Positions 27,583 through 37,103 of a stretch of DNA of 64,000 nt are shown here, in pieces (position 1 is the first letter of the stretch; each line of letters opens with the position of its first letter). The DNA comes from Candidatus Aphodoplasma sp. (GTDB lineage Bacteria > Bacillota > Clostridia > UBA1381 > UMGS1253). Made by a program: the position numbers and the translations under genes. The stretch is taken from the NCBI GenBank assembly GCA_045592745.1, contig JAZNVH010000009.1:19-64018 (forward strand), read 5' to 3'. The notes under the pieces were generated by a model. It worked only from the letters and a program-made list of their open reading frames with translations, was not told where the DNA came from and did not search any database.

Positions 27583-28977
27583 ATGCAAATTGATGAGGCT
27601 AAAATTCAAAAAATTATTACTGATGTAATAGGAAGTTTAAATTCACAAACTCAGGATACGCGCTCACAGAAGGGCGTATTCGAGTCAATGACAGATGCGC
27701 TTGCAGCTGTAAAGGTTGCATACAAGCAGTTCCGCTCCTATACTGTTGCACAGCGTGAAAAGATGATTGAGAAAATCCGTGAGTACATACTTGAAGAAGC
27801 TGAGCAAATGGCAAAGCTTGGTGTTGAGGAAACAGGTATGGGACGCGTGAGCGATAAGATAATCAAGCATCAGCTTGTTGCAAACAAGACGCCCGGTACA
27901 GAGGATATCTGCCCGCGTGCTTACAGCGGCGACTGTGGTCTTACACTTGTTGAGATGGCTCCGTTTGGTATTATCGGAAGTATTACACCGTCTACAAATC
28001 CAAGCGAAACAGTACTTTGTAACTCAATCGGTATGATTGCAGGCGGAAATGCGGTTGTATTTAATCCTCATCCGAACGCAAAGAGAACATCAAACTATGC
28101 GGTAGACCTTGTAAACCGTGCTATTCTGGCAGCAGGCGGCCCTGAAAATCTTGTAGTTTCAGTAAAAGTTCCTACAATGGATTCAAGTAATGAAATGGTA
28201 TCCGACAAGGATGTAAAATTGCTTGTTGCAACAGGTGGTCCTGGCGTTGTAAAGATGCTTTTGTCATCGGGCAAGAAAGCAATCGGCGCAGGTGCGGGAA
28301 ATCCGCCCGTAATCGTAGACGATACTGTTGATATCGCAAAAGCTGCTTCTGACATTGTAAAGGGTGCAAGCTTTGACAACAACTTGCCGTGCATTGCAGA
28401 AAAAGAGTGTTTTGCATTTGACAGCATATGTGATATGCTGATTGATAAAATGACACAGAGCGGTGCTTATCTTATAAGTGGTGCTCAGGTTGATGAGCTT
28501 GTTAAAATTGCTCTTGTAAACAAAGACGGAAAATACAGCATTAACAAAAAGTGGGTTGGCAAGGATGCATCGCTTTTCTTAAAAGAGCTTGGAATTAATT
28601 CTGATGCAAGACTTATTATAATGGAAACAGATGCAAAGCATCCGTTTGTACAGACAGAGCTTATGATGCCTATTTTGCCTATTGTACGTGTAAAGGATAT
28701 TGACGAGGCAATCGAGCTTGCTGTTGCGGCAGAGCATGGAAATCGTCACTCAGCTCACATTCACTCAAAGAATGTTGACAGACTTACTGCGTTTGCGCGT
28801 GCTGTTGAAACAACAATATTTGTAAAAAATGCACCTTCGTATGCAGGCATTGGTGCAGGCGGTGAAGGTCATACAACCTTTACGATTGCAGGCCCTACAG
28901 GAGAAGGTATTACAAGTGCAAGAAGCTTTACAAGACAGCGTCGCTGCGTAATGGCTGACGGTTTGCACATTATTTAA
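27583..28977 (+). CDS. CoA-acylating aldehyde dehydrogenase (PduP/EutE) with N-terminal encapsulation peptide
   Basis: ITPSTNPSET, ATGGPGVV, GAGAGNPP, FDNNLPCIAEKE and TGEG motifs. Confidence 0.93.
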   Translation: MQIDEAKIQKIITDVIGSLNSQTQDTRSQKGVFESMTDALAAVKVAYKQFRSYTVAQREKMIEKIREYILEEAEQMAKLGVEETGMGRVSDKIIKHQLVANKTPGTEDICPRAYSGDCGLTLVEMAPFGIIGSITPSTNPSETVLCNSIGMIAGGNAVVFNPHPNAKRTSNYAVDLVNRAILAAGGPENLVVSVKVPTMDSSNEMVSDKDVKLLVATGGPGVVKMLLSSGKKAIGAGAGNPPVIVDDTVDIAKAASDIVKGASFDNNLPCIAEKECFAFDSICDMLIDKMTQSGAYLISGAQVDELVKIALVNKDGKYSINKKWVGKDASLFLKELGINSDARLIIMETDAKHPFVQTELMMPILPIVRVKDIDEAIELAVAAEHGNRHSAHIHSKNVDRLTAFARAVETTIFVKNAPSYAGIGAGGEGHTTFTIAGPTGEGITSARSFTRQRRCVMADGLHII

Positions 28978-29027
28978 GAAAATGACATTAACGCTGATGA
29001 AAAAAATCGGCGGAAGGGAGATTTTAA

Positions 29028-29375
29028 ATGAAATCACTCGGATTGGTTGAGGTATACAGCTTTACTACTGCGCTTTGTGCGGCTGACGCTGCAGCAAAGG
29101 CGGCTAATGTAAAGGTTATAGCTTTTGACAGAAACAGACCTATACGCGAAGATGTGCCTGCACCGCTTGTTATGGTAGTAAAAATAGAGGGCGATGTTGC
29201 AGATGTACGTGCAGGAGTTGAGGCTGCAAAAGCATATGCCAAGTCTAAGGGACGCTATATTGTATCGCATATTATAGCAAGACCTGATGAAGATACAGAG
29301 CATATGGCGTACTTGATGGACATCAACAAGGATAAGTACAACAAAAAGCTTCCAAAGACAATGAAGGGTATATAA
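29028..29375 (+). CDS. BMC-H shell protein (divergent)
   Basis: SLGLVEV...AADAAAKAANV...GDVADV...HIIARP. Confidence 0.88.
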   Translation: MKSLGLVEVYSFTTALCAADAAAKAANVKVIAFDRNRPIREDVPAPLVMVVKIEGDVADVRAGVEAAKAYAKSKGRYIVSHIIARPDEDTEHMAYLMDINKDKYNKKLPKTMKGI

Positions 29376-29398
29376 GGCTTTTTAGCGAGGTGCGAAAT

Positions 29399-29686
29399 AT
29401 GGAAATGACTAATAATTCAATTGGAATACTTGAGGTTTCGGGCTTGGTAGCATCGATTGAAGGACTTGATGCCATGCTTAAGGCTGCCGATGTTCGCCTC
29501 ATACATACAGAAAAACGACTCGGCGGAAGACTTGTTACGCTCATTGTTATGGGAGAGGTATCTGCAGTAACGGCGTCTGTTGAAGCAGGACGCAATATGG
29601 CAGCACGTCTTGGCAAGGTGTTCAGTTACGAGGTTATAGCAAGACCGCATGAGGAAATTATGAAATTCTTTGATACAGATATATAA
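29399..29686 (+). CDS. BMC-H shell protein
   Basis: SIGILEV...DAMLKAADV...GEVSAV...VIARPH. Confidence 0.9.
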   Translation: MEMTNNSIGILEVSGLVASIEGLDAMLKAADVRLIHTEKRLGGRLVTLIVMGEVSAVTASVEAGRNMAARLGKVFSYEVIARPHEEIMKFFDTDI

Positions 29687-29700
29687 GAAGGTGACCAGAC

Positions 29701-30390
29701 ATGTATGATGAAAAGCTTATAGAAAAGATTGTTGCAGAGGTTATAAATTCATCAATGAGTACAACTGCAAAAGGCGATGCAAAGCCCGAGATAGCAAATA
29801 GCGACGATAAAGAAATTAAGGTAGGCGTCTCACAAAGACATGTTCACCTTTCACAAGAAGATCTTGAAACTTTATTCGGTAAAGGCTATGAGCTTACTGT
29901 AAAGAAGGTTTTGATGGGCAGAGAGTACGCTTCAAATGAGGTTGTTACGCTTGTAGGACCATCGCTTAAGGCAATTGAGAATGTAAGAGTACTTGGACCT
30001 GTGCGTAAAAATACTCAGGTAGAAATTTCAAGAACAGATACGTTTATATTAAAGGTAAGTCCCCCTGTTCGTCCGTCGGGCGATGTAAAAGGCTCTGAGA
30101 AAATTGTTTTGGTAGGGCCAAAAGGCAGTGTATATCTTAAAGAAGGCGTAATTATTGCAAACAGACATATACACCTTTCACCAGAAGGTGCTGCTGAGCA
30201 TGGTGTTAATGACGGCGATTGCGTCGATGTTCGCATAGAGGGTGAAAAACCTACATTATTTTATGATGTACAGGTAAGAGTACGTGATGACTTTAACAGC
30301 GAAATGCATATTGATACTGACGATGCTAACTGTGCAGGACTTAAAAACGGCAATACAGTAAAAATACTTGCAAAAAGAAAGTCGAAATAA
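29701..30390 (+). CDS. pduL: Phosphate propanoyltransferase PduL with N-terminal encapsulation peptide
   Basis: VSQRHVHLS, VRVLGP, ANRHIHL and MHIDTDDAN motifs. Confidence 0.93.
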   Translation: MYDEKLIEKIVAEVINSSMSTTAKGDAKPEIANSDDKEIKVGVSQRHVHLSQEDLETLFGKGYELTVKKVLMGREYASNEVVTLVGPSLKAIENVRVLGPVRKNTQVEISRTDTFILKVSPPVRPSGDVKGSEKIVLVGPKGSVYLKEGVIIANRHIHLSPEGAAEHGVNDGDCVDVRIEGEKPTLFYDVQVRVRDDFNSEMHIDTDDANCAGLKNGNTVKILAKRKSK

Positions 30391-30441
30391 TAAAGTATTA
30401 TATAAATTATGCCACATTATAGTGGCAGAATGGAGAGTCTT

Positions 30442-31203
30442 ATGTTTGCACCTGAGCGTCATAAGAGAATATTAGAGCTTTTGGAAGAAAGCGGCTCTGT
30501 GCTTGTAAGCAAGCTCAGCGATGAGCTTGGAGTAACAGAGGAAACGGTGCGCCGTGACCTTGAAAAGCTTGAAAAAAGCGAGGCGCTTATGCGTACTCAC
30601 GGCGGAGCTGTGCCGGTGAGTCGTACGTCATACGAGCTTTCAATAGAAAAGCGCAAAAAAACCAATGTAGACGTAAAGCAAAAGCTTGCAAGAGCTGCGT
30701 GCGAGCATATTATGCCAGGCGATACGATATTTCTTGATGCGTCAACTACTACGTTTTATATGGCAAAAGAGCTTCGAAGCTTTAATAATCTGACGGTTAT
30801 TACAAACTCGCTAAGAGTTATAAATGAGCTTGTTGCCTGTGAAAATATTAAAGTTATAGCTGTTGGAGGACTTGTATCAAATAACTTTTCTTTTGTTGGA
30901 GCTCATGCTCATGCTACTATTGCTGAAAAATATTTTGCAGGTAAGCTGTTTTTCAGCAGTCGCGGTGTAAGTGCTGATGCGGGTATTCTTGAAAGTAATG
31001 AAGATGAAAAAAATATCAAGACTGCAATGCTTAATAACTGCGAAGAGGCTTTTTATCTTTGTGACAGCACAAAGATAGGCAAGGTTGGGTTTACAAAGCT
31101 TGCAAAATTTGATGATATTGATTACTTTATTACAGATGCCGAGCTTGATGAAAAAATGTGCGAAGTTCTTGAGGCAAGCAGCGTTATAGTGGAAAAAATA
31201 TAA
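30442..31203 (+). CDS. DeoR/GlpR family transcriptional regulator
   Basis: VTEETVRRDL, RTHGGA, FLDASTT and VITNS motifs. Confidence 0.93.
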   Translation: MFAPERHKRILELLEESGSVLVSKLSDELGVTEETVRRDLEKLEKSEALMRTHGGAVPVSRTSYELSIEKRKKTNVDVKQKLARAACEHIMPGDTIFLDASTTTFYMAKELRSFNNLTVITNSLRVINELVACENIKVIAVGGLVSNNFSFVGAHAHATIAEKYFAGKLFFSSRGVSADAGILESNEDEKNIKTAMLNNCEEAFYLCDSTKIGKVGFTKLAKFDDIDYFITDAELDEKMCEVLEASSVIVEKI

Positions 31204-31215
31204 TTAAGATAATAT

Positions 31216-31248
31216 AAGGCAATTTTCGTATACGAAAATTGCTTTTTT
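31216..31248 (+). terminator. Intrinsic terminator ending the BMC locus
   Basis: GCAATTTTCGTATACGAAAATTGC palindrome plus TTTTTT. Confidence 0.8.
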
Positions 31249-31366
31249 ATATTGAATCTATATAAGTAACAAATAAATGTATAAAAATACAAAAAAGCTT
31301 TAAAATTCTATTGCCAAAGATGGTTTTGTGTGCTATTATAATACACAGAAGGGGTGAAGTTTTTTA

Positions 31367-32065
31367 ATGCAGTGGTTTTATAATTGGTTTGATGGAATAA
31401 AAAGTGATTTTATTTTAAATTTTATAGCAGAAAATAGATATATGTACATAGTAAGAGGCTTTGGCGTTACAATAAAGGTTTCGCTTTTGTCAGTACTTAT
31501 TGGTATATTGATAGGCGTATTTATAGCACTTGCAGCACTTTCAAAGAACAAGATATTAAAGACAGTTTCGCGTTGGTATACAGATATAATTCGTGGTACG
31601 CCCGCCGTTACGCAGCTGCTTATCGTATATTTCGTAATTTTCGGTTCATCAAGACTTGATAAATGGATAATTGCAAGTATTGCTTTTGGTATAAATTCGG
31701 GTGCATATGTTTCGGAGATAATTCGAGCGGGAATACAAAGCGTTGACCATGGTCAGGTCGAAGCGGGACGTTCGCTGGGACTTAGCGCGGCACAGACGAT
31801 GATAAAGATTGTAATTCCGCAGGCTGTCAAGAATATATTCCCTGCGCTTGTAAATGAGTTTATTGTCCTTATCAAAGAAACGGCCATCGTAGGCTTTATA
31901 GGACTTGAGGATCTTGCAAAAGGCGGCGACTTTATACGAAGCCGTACGTATTCGGCGTTTATGCCGCTTGTTGGTACGGCGATTATATATTTCCTTCTCA
32001 TAAAAGTTCTGACAAAACTGTTTACGGTTTTGGAAAAAAGACTTCGCAAGTCGGAAATAAGATAA
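31367..32065 (+). CDS. Polar amino-acid ABC transporter permease
   Basis: IIRGTP and NSGAYVSEIIRAGI...GQVEAGRSLG motifs. Confidence 0.93.
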   Translation: MQWFYNWFDGIKSDFILNFIAENRYMYIVRGFGVTIKVSLLSVLIGILIGVFIALAALSKNKILKTVSRWYTDIIRGTPAVTQLLIVYFVIFGSSRLDKWIIASIAFGINSGAYVSEIIRAGIQSVDHGQVEAGRSLGLSAAQTMIKIVIPQAVKNIFPALVNEFIVLIKETAIVGFIGLEDLAKGGDFIRSRTYSAFMPLVGTAIIYFLLIKVLTKLFTVLEKRLRKSEIR

Positions 32066-32115
32066 TTATGGTTATATAATGTTGCTGAAAATATTGCAGT
32101 AGAATGGAGATTGTT

Positions 32116-32838
32116 ATGATTAAGGTTAAAAATTTGCATAAAAGCTTTGGCAAGCTTGAGGTGCTTTGCGGAATAGATGAGCATATAAAACAGGGCGAGG
32201 TTGTCGTAGTAATTGGACCATCAGGTTCGGGAAAATCAACATTTTTAAGATGCCTTAACCTGCTTGAAACGCCTACAGACGGAGAAATTTATATTGACGA
32301 TGAGCTTATAAATGCTCCAAAGGTTAATGTAAACCGCATTCGTCAGAAGATGGGCATGGTATTTCAGCAGTTTAATCTGTTTCCGCATTTGACAATTATG
32401 AATAATATTACTCTTGCTCCGATGCAGATTAAAAAAATGAGCAAGCAGGACGCTGTGGCACTTGGTACAAAGCTTTTGGACAGAGTAGGACTTCTTGACA
32501 AGGCTGATGCATATCCGGCGCAGCTTTCGGGTGGACAAAAGCAGCGTGTAGCGATTGCGCGTGCGCTTGCTATGGAGCCTGAAATAATGCTTTTTGACGA
32601 GCCTACATCGGCGCTTGACCCTGAAATGGTAGGCGAGGTTTTGGACGTAATGAAGGATTTGGCTCGTGATGGTATGACGATGGTTGTTGTAACACACGAA
32701 ATGGGCTTTGCAAGAGAGGTTGGTTCAAGAGTTTTGTTTATGGATCAGGGACAGATACTCGAGCAAGCTGACCCGGTGCAGCTTTTCACAAATCCGCAAC
32801 ATGATAGAACTCAGGCGTTTTTAAGTAAGGTGCTTTAA
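32116..32838 (+). CDS. Polar amino-acid ABC transporter ATPase (GlnQ-like)
   Basis: [16 protein letters not shown] and [11 protein letters not shown] motifs. Confidence 0.95.
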   Translation: MIKVKNLHKSFGKLEVLCGIDEHIKQGEVVVVIGPSGSGKSTFLRCLNLLETPTDGEIYIDDELINAPKVNVNRIRQKMGMVFQQFNLFPHLTIMNNITLAPMQIKKMSKQDAVALGTKLLDRVGLLDKADAYPAQLSGGQKQRVAIARALAMEPEIMLFDEPTSALDPEMVGEVLDVMKDLARDGMTMVVVTHEMGFAREVGSRVLFMDQGQILEQADPVQLFTNPQHDRTQAFLSKVL

Positions 32839-32910
32839 TTTTGTAAAATTGCCGAAGCGTATTATAATATTAAAATCAACTTCGGTTTATATTTTAAGGA
32901 GGAATAAAAA

Positions 32911-33669
32911 ATGAAAAAGGTATTAAAGGTAGCAGCACTTGTAGTATGTGTATGCATGCTCGTTTGTGCATTTGTTGGCTGTGCAGGCGAGGAAAAGAAA
33001 GATGTTATTGTAATGGGCACAAATGCGGAGTTTCCGCCGTTTGAGTATGTTACAGAAAATGGCATTGTTGGACAGTTCAGCGGTATTGACGTTGCAATCG
33101 CAAAGGAAATCGCAGACAGCATGGGCAAAGAATTGGTAATTGAGAATATGGAGTTTGACTCACTTATCATGGCTCTTGCAACAGGTAAGGTTGACTTTGT
33201 TGCTGCAGGTATGACAGTTAAGCCTGACAGACTTGAGAGCGTTGATTTCTCGGATACATACTACCTTGCAAAGCAGGTTATGATTGTAAAAGAGGGTAGC
33301 GACATTAAGTCAGCAGCTGATTTGAAGGACAAGAAAATCGGTGTTGTTCTCGGTTATACAGGTGATACAACAGTTACAGAGACACTTGGTTATGAGCCTG
33401 AAAGATTCAAGAAGGGCGCAGACGCAGTTATGGATCTTGTAAATGATAAGCTTGATGTAGTTGTAATTGACTCTGCTCCTGCAAAAGCATTTGTTGACAA
33501 GAATCCCGGCCTTGCAATCGTTGAAGATGCCGAGGCATTTGAAAACGAAGAGTATGCAATCGCAATTCCTAAGGGCGATACAGAGCTTGCAGACAAAATC
33601 AATGCAGTTTTGAAAGAGCTTAAGGAAAGCGGCAAAATTGAAGAGTTTGGTGCAACATACTCTGAGTAA
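32911..33669 (+). CDS. Amino-acid ABC transporter substrate-binding lipoprotein
   Basis: Signal peptide/lipobox FVGC; GTNAEFPPFEY and VDFSDTY. Confidence 0.92.
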   Translation: MKKVLKVAALVVCVCMLVCAFVGCAGEEKKDVIVMGTNAEFPPFEYVTENGIVGQFSGIDVAIAKEIADSMGKELVIENMEFDSLIMALATGKVDFVAAGMTVKPDRLESVDFSDTYYLAKQVMIVKEGSDIKSAADLKDKKIGVVLGYTGDTTVTETLGYEPERFKKGADAVMDLVNDKLDVVVIDSAPAKAFVDKNPGLAIVEDAEAFENEEYAIAIPKGDTELADKINAVLKELKESGKIEEFGATYSE

Positions 33670-33681
33670 TTTGTAAAAAGC

Positions 33682-33714
33682 AAAAAGGGCGGAAATGTTT
33701 TTCCGTCCTTTTTT
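33682..33714 (+). terminator. Intrinsic terminator
   Basis: AAAAAGGGCGGAAA...TTTCCGTCCTTTTTT. Confidence 0.75.
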
Positions 33715-33741
33715 AAATTAAAACGAGCTTGATAAGGGGAA

Positions 33742-34458
33742 ATGGCAATGAGAATTGATAAGTATCTCGCGGCGTGCGCACTCGGCAGTCGAAAACAAGT
33801 GCATGAGCTTATAAAAAGCGGGCGTGTTACAGTTAATGAAGGCGTGATAAAAAACATTGGCGCGCATGTGGATGAGGAAAATGACATAATCTGCGTGGAT
33901 GGCGAAAGAATCATATACAGCCGCTTTATATATCTTATGTTAAACAAGCCTGCGGGTGTAATAAGTGCTACAGAGGACAGCAAATTGCCTACTGTACTTG
34001 ACCTTGTGCCGAATGAGTATTCTCATTATAATCTTTTTCCTGTAGGAAGGCTCGATATTGACACAACGGGACTGTTGCTTTTGACAAATGATGGCACGCT
34101 TGCACATCGCCTTACATCACCAAAGCATCATGCGGACAAAACATACTACGCTACAATTGACGGTGTTGTAACTGAAGCTGATGTAGATGCGTTTTATAAG
34201 GGTATACAGATAGATGATGGTTATGTTTGCAAAAGCGCTGACCTTGTAATCATAAAATCCGATTTGGTAAGTGAAATTGAGCTTACAATACGAGAAGGTA
34301 AGTTTCATCAGGTAAAAAGAATGTTTGAGGCGGTAGACAAAAAGGTGCTCACTTTAAAGCGAATTGCTATGGGTGGAGTTTTGCTTGATGAAAGTCTTGA
34401 GGCGGGAAAGATGCGACCTTTAAGCGATGATGAAATAAAAACATTGCATAGTATATAA
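33742..34458 (+). CDS. Pseudouridine synthase, RsuA family
   Basis: S4 domain MRIDKYL; NKPAG, GRLDIDTTGLLL and EGKFHQVKRMF motifs. Confidence 0.92.
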   Translation: MAMRIDKYLAACALGSRKQVHELIKSGRVTVNEGVIKNIGAHVDEENDIICVDGERIIYSRFIYLMLNKPAGVISATEDSKLPTVLDLVPNEYSHYNLFPVGRLDIDTTGLLLLTNDGTLAHRLTSPKHHADKTYYATIDGVVTEADVDAFYKGIQIDDGYVCKSADLVIIKSDLVSEIELTIREGKFHQVKRMFEAVDKKVLTLKRIAMGGVLLDESLEAGKMRPLSDDEIKTLHSI

Positions 34459-34498
34459 AAAACACAACCCCTTCGATGAATTGTCGAAGGGGATTAAT

Positions 34499-36634
34499 TT
34501 ATACTAAAGACAAAATACGTGCTGTACTTGCTACAATAAAACATATCACAATGCCGCATAGTGTGGGAATAATAAACGACAGTGCGCTCCACTTTAGAGA
34601 GTGAGTTTCTTTATATATCGTAATACATGTTGTTGCACAGGGCCAATGCATGAGGGAAAAAAGCATACAGCACAGTGCTGTGAGCCACGTCCAGCCGTTT
34701 GCGCTGAGCAGATTAAAAAGCTCGAGTGCGCTGCTTGTTTCGGTTATTGTACCTGATAATGTATAACTCATAATAATAATCGGCATTACAATCTCGTTTG
34801 CGGGAATGCCGAGTATAAAAGCTGTTAATATTACGCCGTCAAGTCCTATCAGGCGTGCAAACGGGTCTAAAAATGCGTTAAAATGTGTCAGTATGCTTGC
34901 ACCTTGGATATTTACATTTGCCATCAGCCATATAATAAGGCCTGCGGGAGCGGCTGTGGAAATTGCACGGCCGAGCACAAACAAGGTTCTGTCAAAAACT
35001 GATCGAACAATTACCTTGCCGACTTGCGGTGCTCTGTATGGGGGAAGCTCCAGTGCAAAAGAGGAGGCTTCTCCTTTTAAAAAAGTTATAGATAGCAAAT
35101 ATGAAACTAAAAATGTCATAAAAATTCCAAGCGCCACAACGCCTGTAAGCATAAGCGTTGACACTATTGAAGATACAAAGCTGTTTGCTACTGTAAGAGT
35201 AAAAAACATAGTTATTAGTGATATAAGCGTTGGAAATTTGCCGTTACAAGGTACAAAGCTGTTTGTTATTATTGCAATAAGCCGCTCACGTGGTGAGTCG
35301 ATAATTCGACAACCCGTTACGCCGCAGGCGTTACAGCCAAAACCCATACACATTGTAAGTGCCTGTTTGCCGTGTGCGTGGGCTTTTTTAAAATATTTAT
35401 CCATATTAAAGGCAATTCTCGGAAGGTATCCCAAATCTTCAAGAAGAGTAAAAAGTGGGAAAAATATTGCCATTGGCGGCAGCATAACGGATATAACCCA
35501 CGAGGTCACCCGGTACACACCGCCAATCAGCATTCCGCTTATAAAAGGCGGCGCATCTGAGAATATAACATAAAGTTGTTTTTCTATCCTGAAAAGAAAG
35601 TCATAAATCAGCCGTGATGGGTAGTTGGCGCCCGATATGGTAAGCCAGAAAATCACAAACATCATCAAAAGCATTATCGGAATACCGGTCTTTTTTGACG
35701 TGAGTATATTGTCAATTCGTCTGTCGCGAAGGTTGGAGTCTTTGCTGCATACGACGCACTCTTTATATATTTTTTCGCTCTCCTCAACTATTTTTGAAAC
35801 AATTAAATCACGCGCTCTTTCCTTGTCAATGCCATTGTTTCTCAAAAGCTTTTTTGCAAGAAAAAGATTTTCGCTCAGCGCATCGTCTTTATATATGTTA
35901 AAGCCGAGAAAATTCTTGAGTGAAAGCGTAAAGTTAGGGTCTTTTTCGAGAAGCCTTAAAGAAAGCCATTTTGCGTTTATATGCTCTCCTGCAAGACGTT
36001 TTACGTCGTCTTCTATAAGTTTTACCGCAGCTTCTGTTGCTTCGTCATAATAGATGTTTCGATAGCTGTGTTTTCTGTTCTGGCACACTTTTTTGATAGT
36101 GCGCCGTAGTTCATCAAGTCCTTTGCCATTTCGCGCACTTGTTGCTATAACACTTATGCCAAGCATATCCGAAAGCTTTTTTAAGTCGAGCTTGATATTT
36201 TTCTTTTTTGCTTCATCCATAAGATTCACACAAAGCACCGCATCGGATGTGATTTCAAGTATTTGTAAAACAAGGTTCAAGTTTCTTTCAAGGCACGTAG
36301 CATCGGCGACTATGCAAATCATATCGCAGTCGCCAAAGCATATGTAGTCGCGGGCAACCTCTTCTTCAACAGAGCTTGCAAGCAGTGAGTATGTACCGGG
36401 CATATCAACAAGGGTGTATGTGCCATTATCAAACACGTACTCTCCCTGCGCATTGCTGACGGTTTTGCCCGGCCAGTTTCCCGTGTGCTGATTTAGTCCT
36501 GTAAGAGCATTGAAAACAGTGCTTTTTCCTACATTCGGATTGCCGGCAAGCCCGACAATTTTGTGAGAAGAAGCTTTTTTTTGTGTATCAAATCTTTTAT
36601 AATATGTATGATTTTTAGCTTTATTTTCGTTCAT
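34499..36634 (-). CDS. feoB: Ferrous iron transport protein B
   Basis: GNPNVGKS, GNWPGKTV, DMPG, NLMDE and LEDLGYLPR motifs. Confidence 0.95.
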   Translation of the reverse strand: MNENKAKNHTYYKRFDTQKKASSHKIVGLAGNPNVGKSTVFNALTGLNQHTGNWPGKTVSNAQGEYVFDNGTYTLVDMPGTYSLLASSVEEEVARDYICFGDCDMICIVADATCLERNLNLVLQILEITSDAVLCVNLMDEAKKKNIKLDLKKLSDMLGISVIATSARNGKGLDELRRTIKKVCQNRKHSYRNIYYDEATEAAVKLIEDDVKRLAGEHINAKWLSLRLLEKDPNFTLSLKNFLGFNIYKDDALSENLFLAKKLLRNNGIDKERARDLIVSKIVEESEKIYKECVVCSKDSNLRDRRIDNILTSKKTGIPIMLLMMFVIFWLTISGANYPSRLIYDFLFRIEKQLYVIFSDAPPFISGMLIGGVYRVTSWVISVMLPPMAIFFPLFTLLEDLGYLPRIAFNMDKYFKKAHAHGKQALTMCMGFGCNACGVTGCRIIDSPRERLIAIITNSFVPCNGKFPTLISLITMFFTLTVANSFVSSIVSTLMLTGVVALGIFMTFLVSYLLSITFLKGEASSFALELPPYRAPQVGKVIVRSVFDRTLFVLGRAISTAAPAGLIIWLMANVNIQGASILTHFNAFLDPFARLIGLDGVILTAFILGIPANEIVMPIIIMSYTLSGTITETSSALELFNLLSANGWTWLTALCCMLFSLMHWPCATTCITIYKETHSLKWSALSFIIPTLCGIVICFIVASTARILSLV

Positions 36635-36664
36635 CGGCGGCCTCCTTGAAATTATTTTAGCCTG

Positions 36665-36907
36665 CTAATCACACAATTCGACAAATATTTTTCCGGCATC
36701 TTCCTTGCGAAGAGCTATTACACTTCCGCGTATATAATATGCGACCGGATCGCCTGACGGACTTTTGTGAAGAGCTTCGACATTTGTGCCGTTTACAAGT
36801 CCAAGGTCGAGCATGCGGCGTCGCTCGGTGCCTGAAGTGCCAAGACCGCAAACGCGACAGCTTTGCCCAATGTGCAGACAATCGAGCGATTGAATTGATC
36901 TATTCAT
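36665..36907 (-). CDS. feoA: FeoA family protein
   Basis: RRRMLDLGL...SPSGDPVAYYIRGSVIALRKEDA. Confidence 0.93.
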   Translation of the reverse strand: MNRSIQSLDCLHIGQSCRVCGLGTSGTERRRMLDLGLVNGTNVEALHKSPSGDPVAYYIRGSVIALRKEDAGKIFVELCD

Positions 36908-37103
36908 AAAATTGTTTCACAACCTTTCTTTTAGGGGATTATATTTTGTATTCACCAAAGAGTGAACGATGGTTTGCCTCATGATAAATATATGAATGGG
37001 CACAGTTTTGTGTTACTTTGATGATTTAAAGTTATAGTTGTGTTTTTCATAATTATATGGTAAAATAGTGTATATAAATCCTGAGAAATAAAGAGGTTTT
37101 GAT

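Noticed and set aside
34806-35573. Long antisense ORFs (also 26739-27515, 41856-42569, 33390-33983, 61140-61760)
   Set aside because: They lie opposite well-conserved genes, lack RBS and motifs, and are explained by codon bias of the sense strand.
36657-36668. DtxR/MntR-like palindrome TTAGCCTGCTAA between feoA and feoB
   Set aside because: Short, overlaps the feoA stop codon and is not near a promoter; insufficient support.
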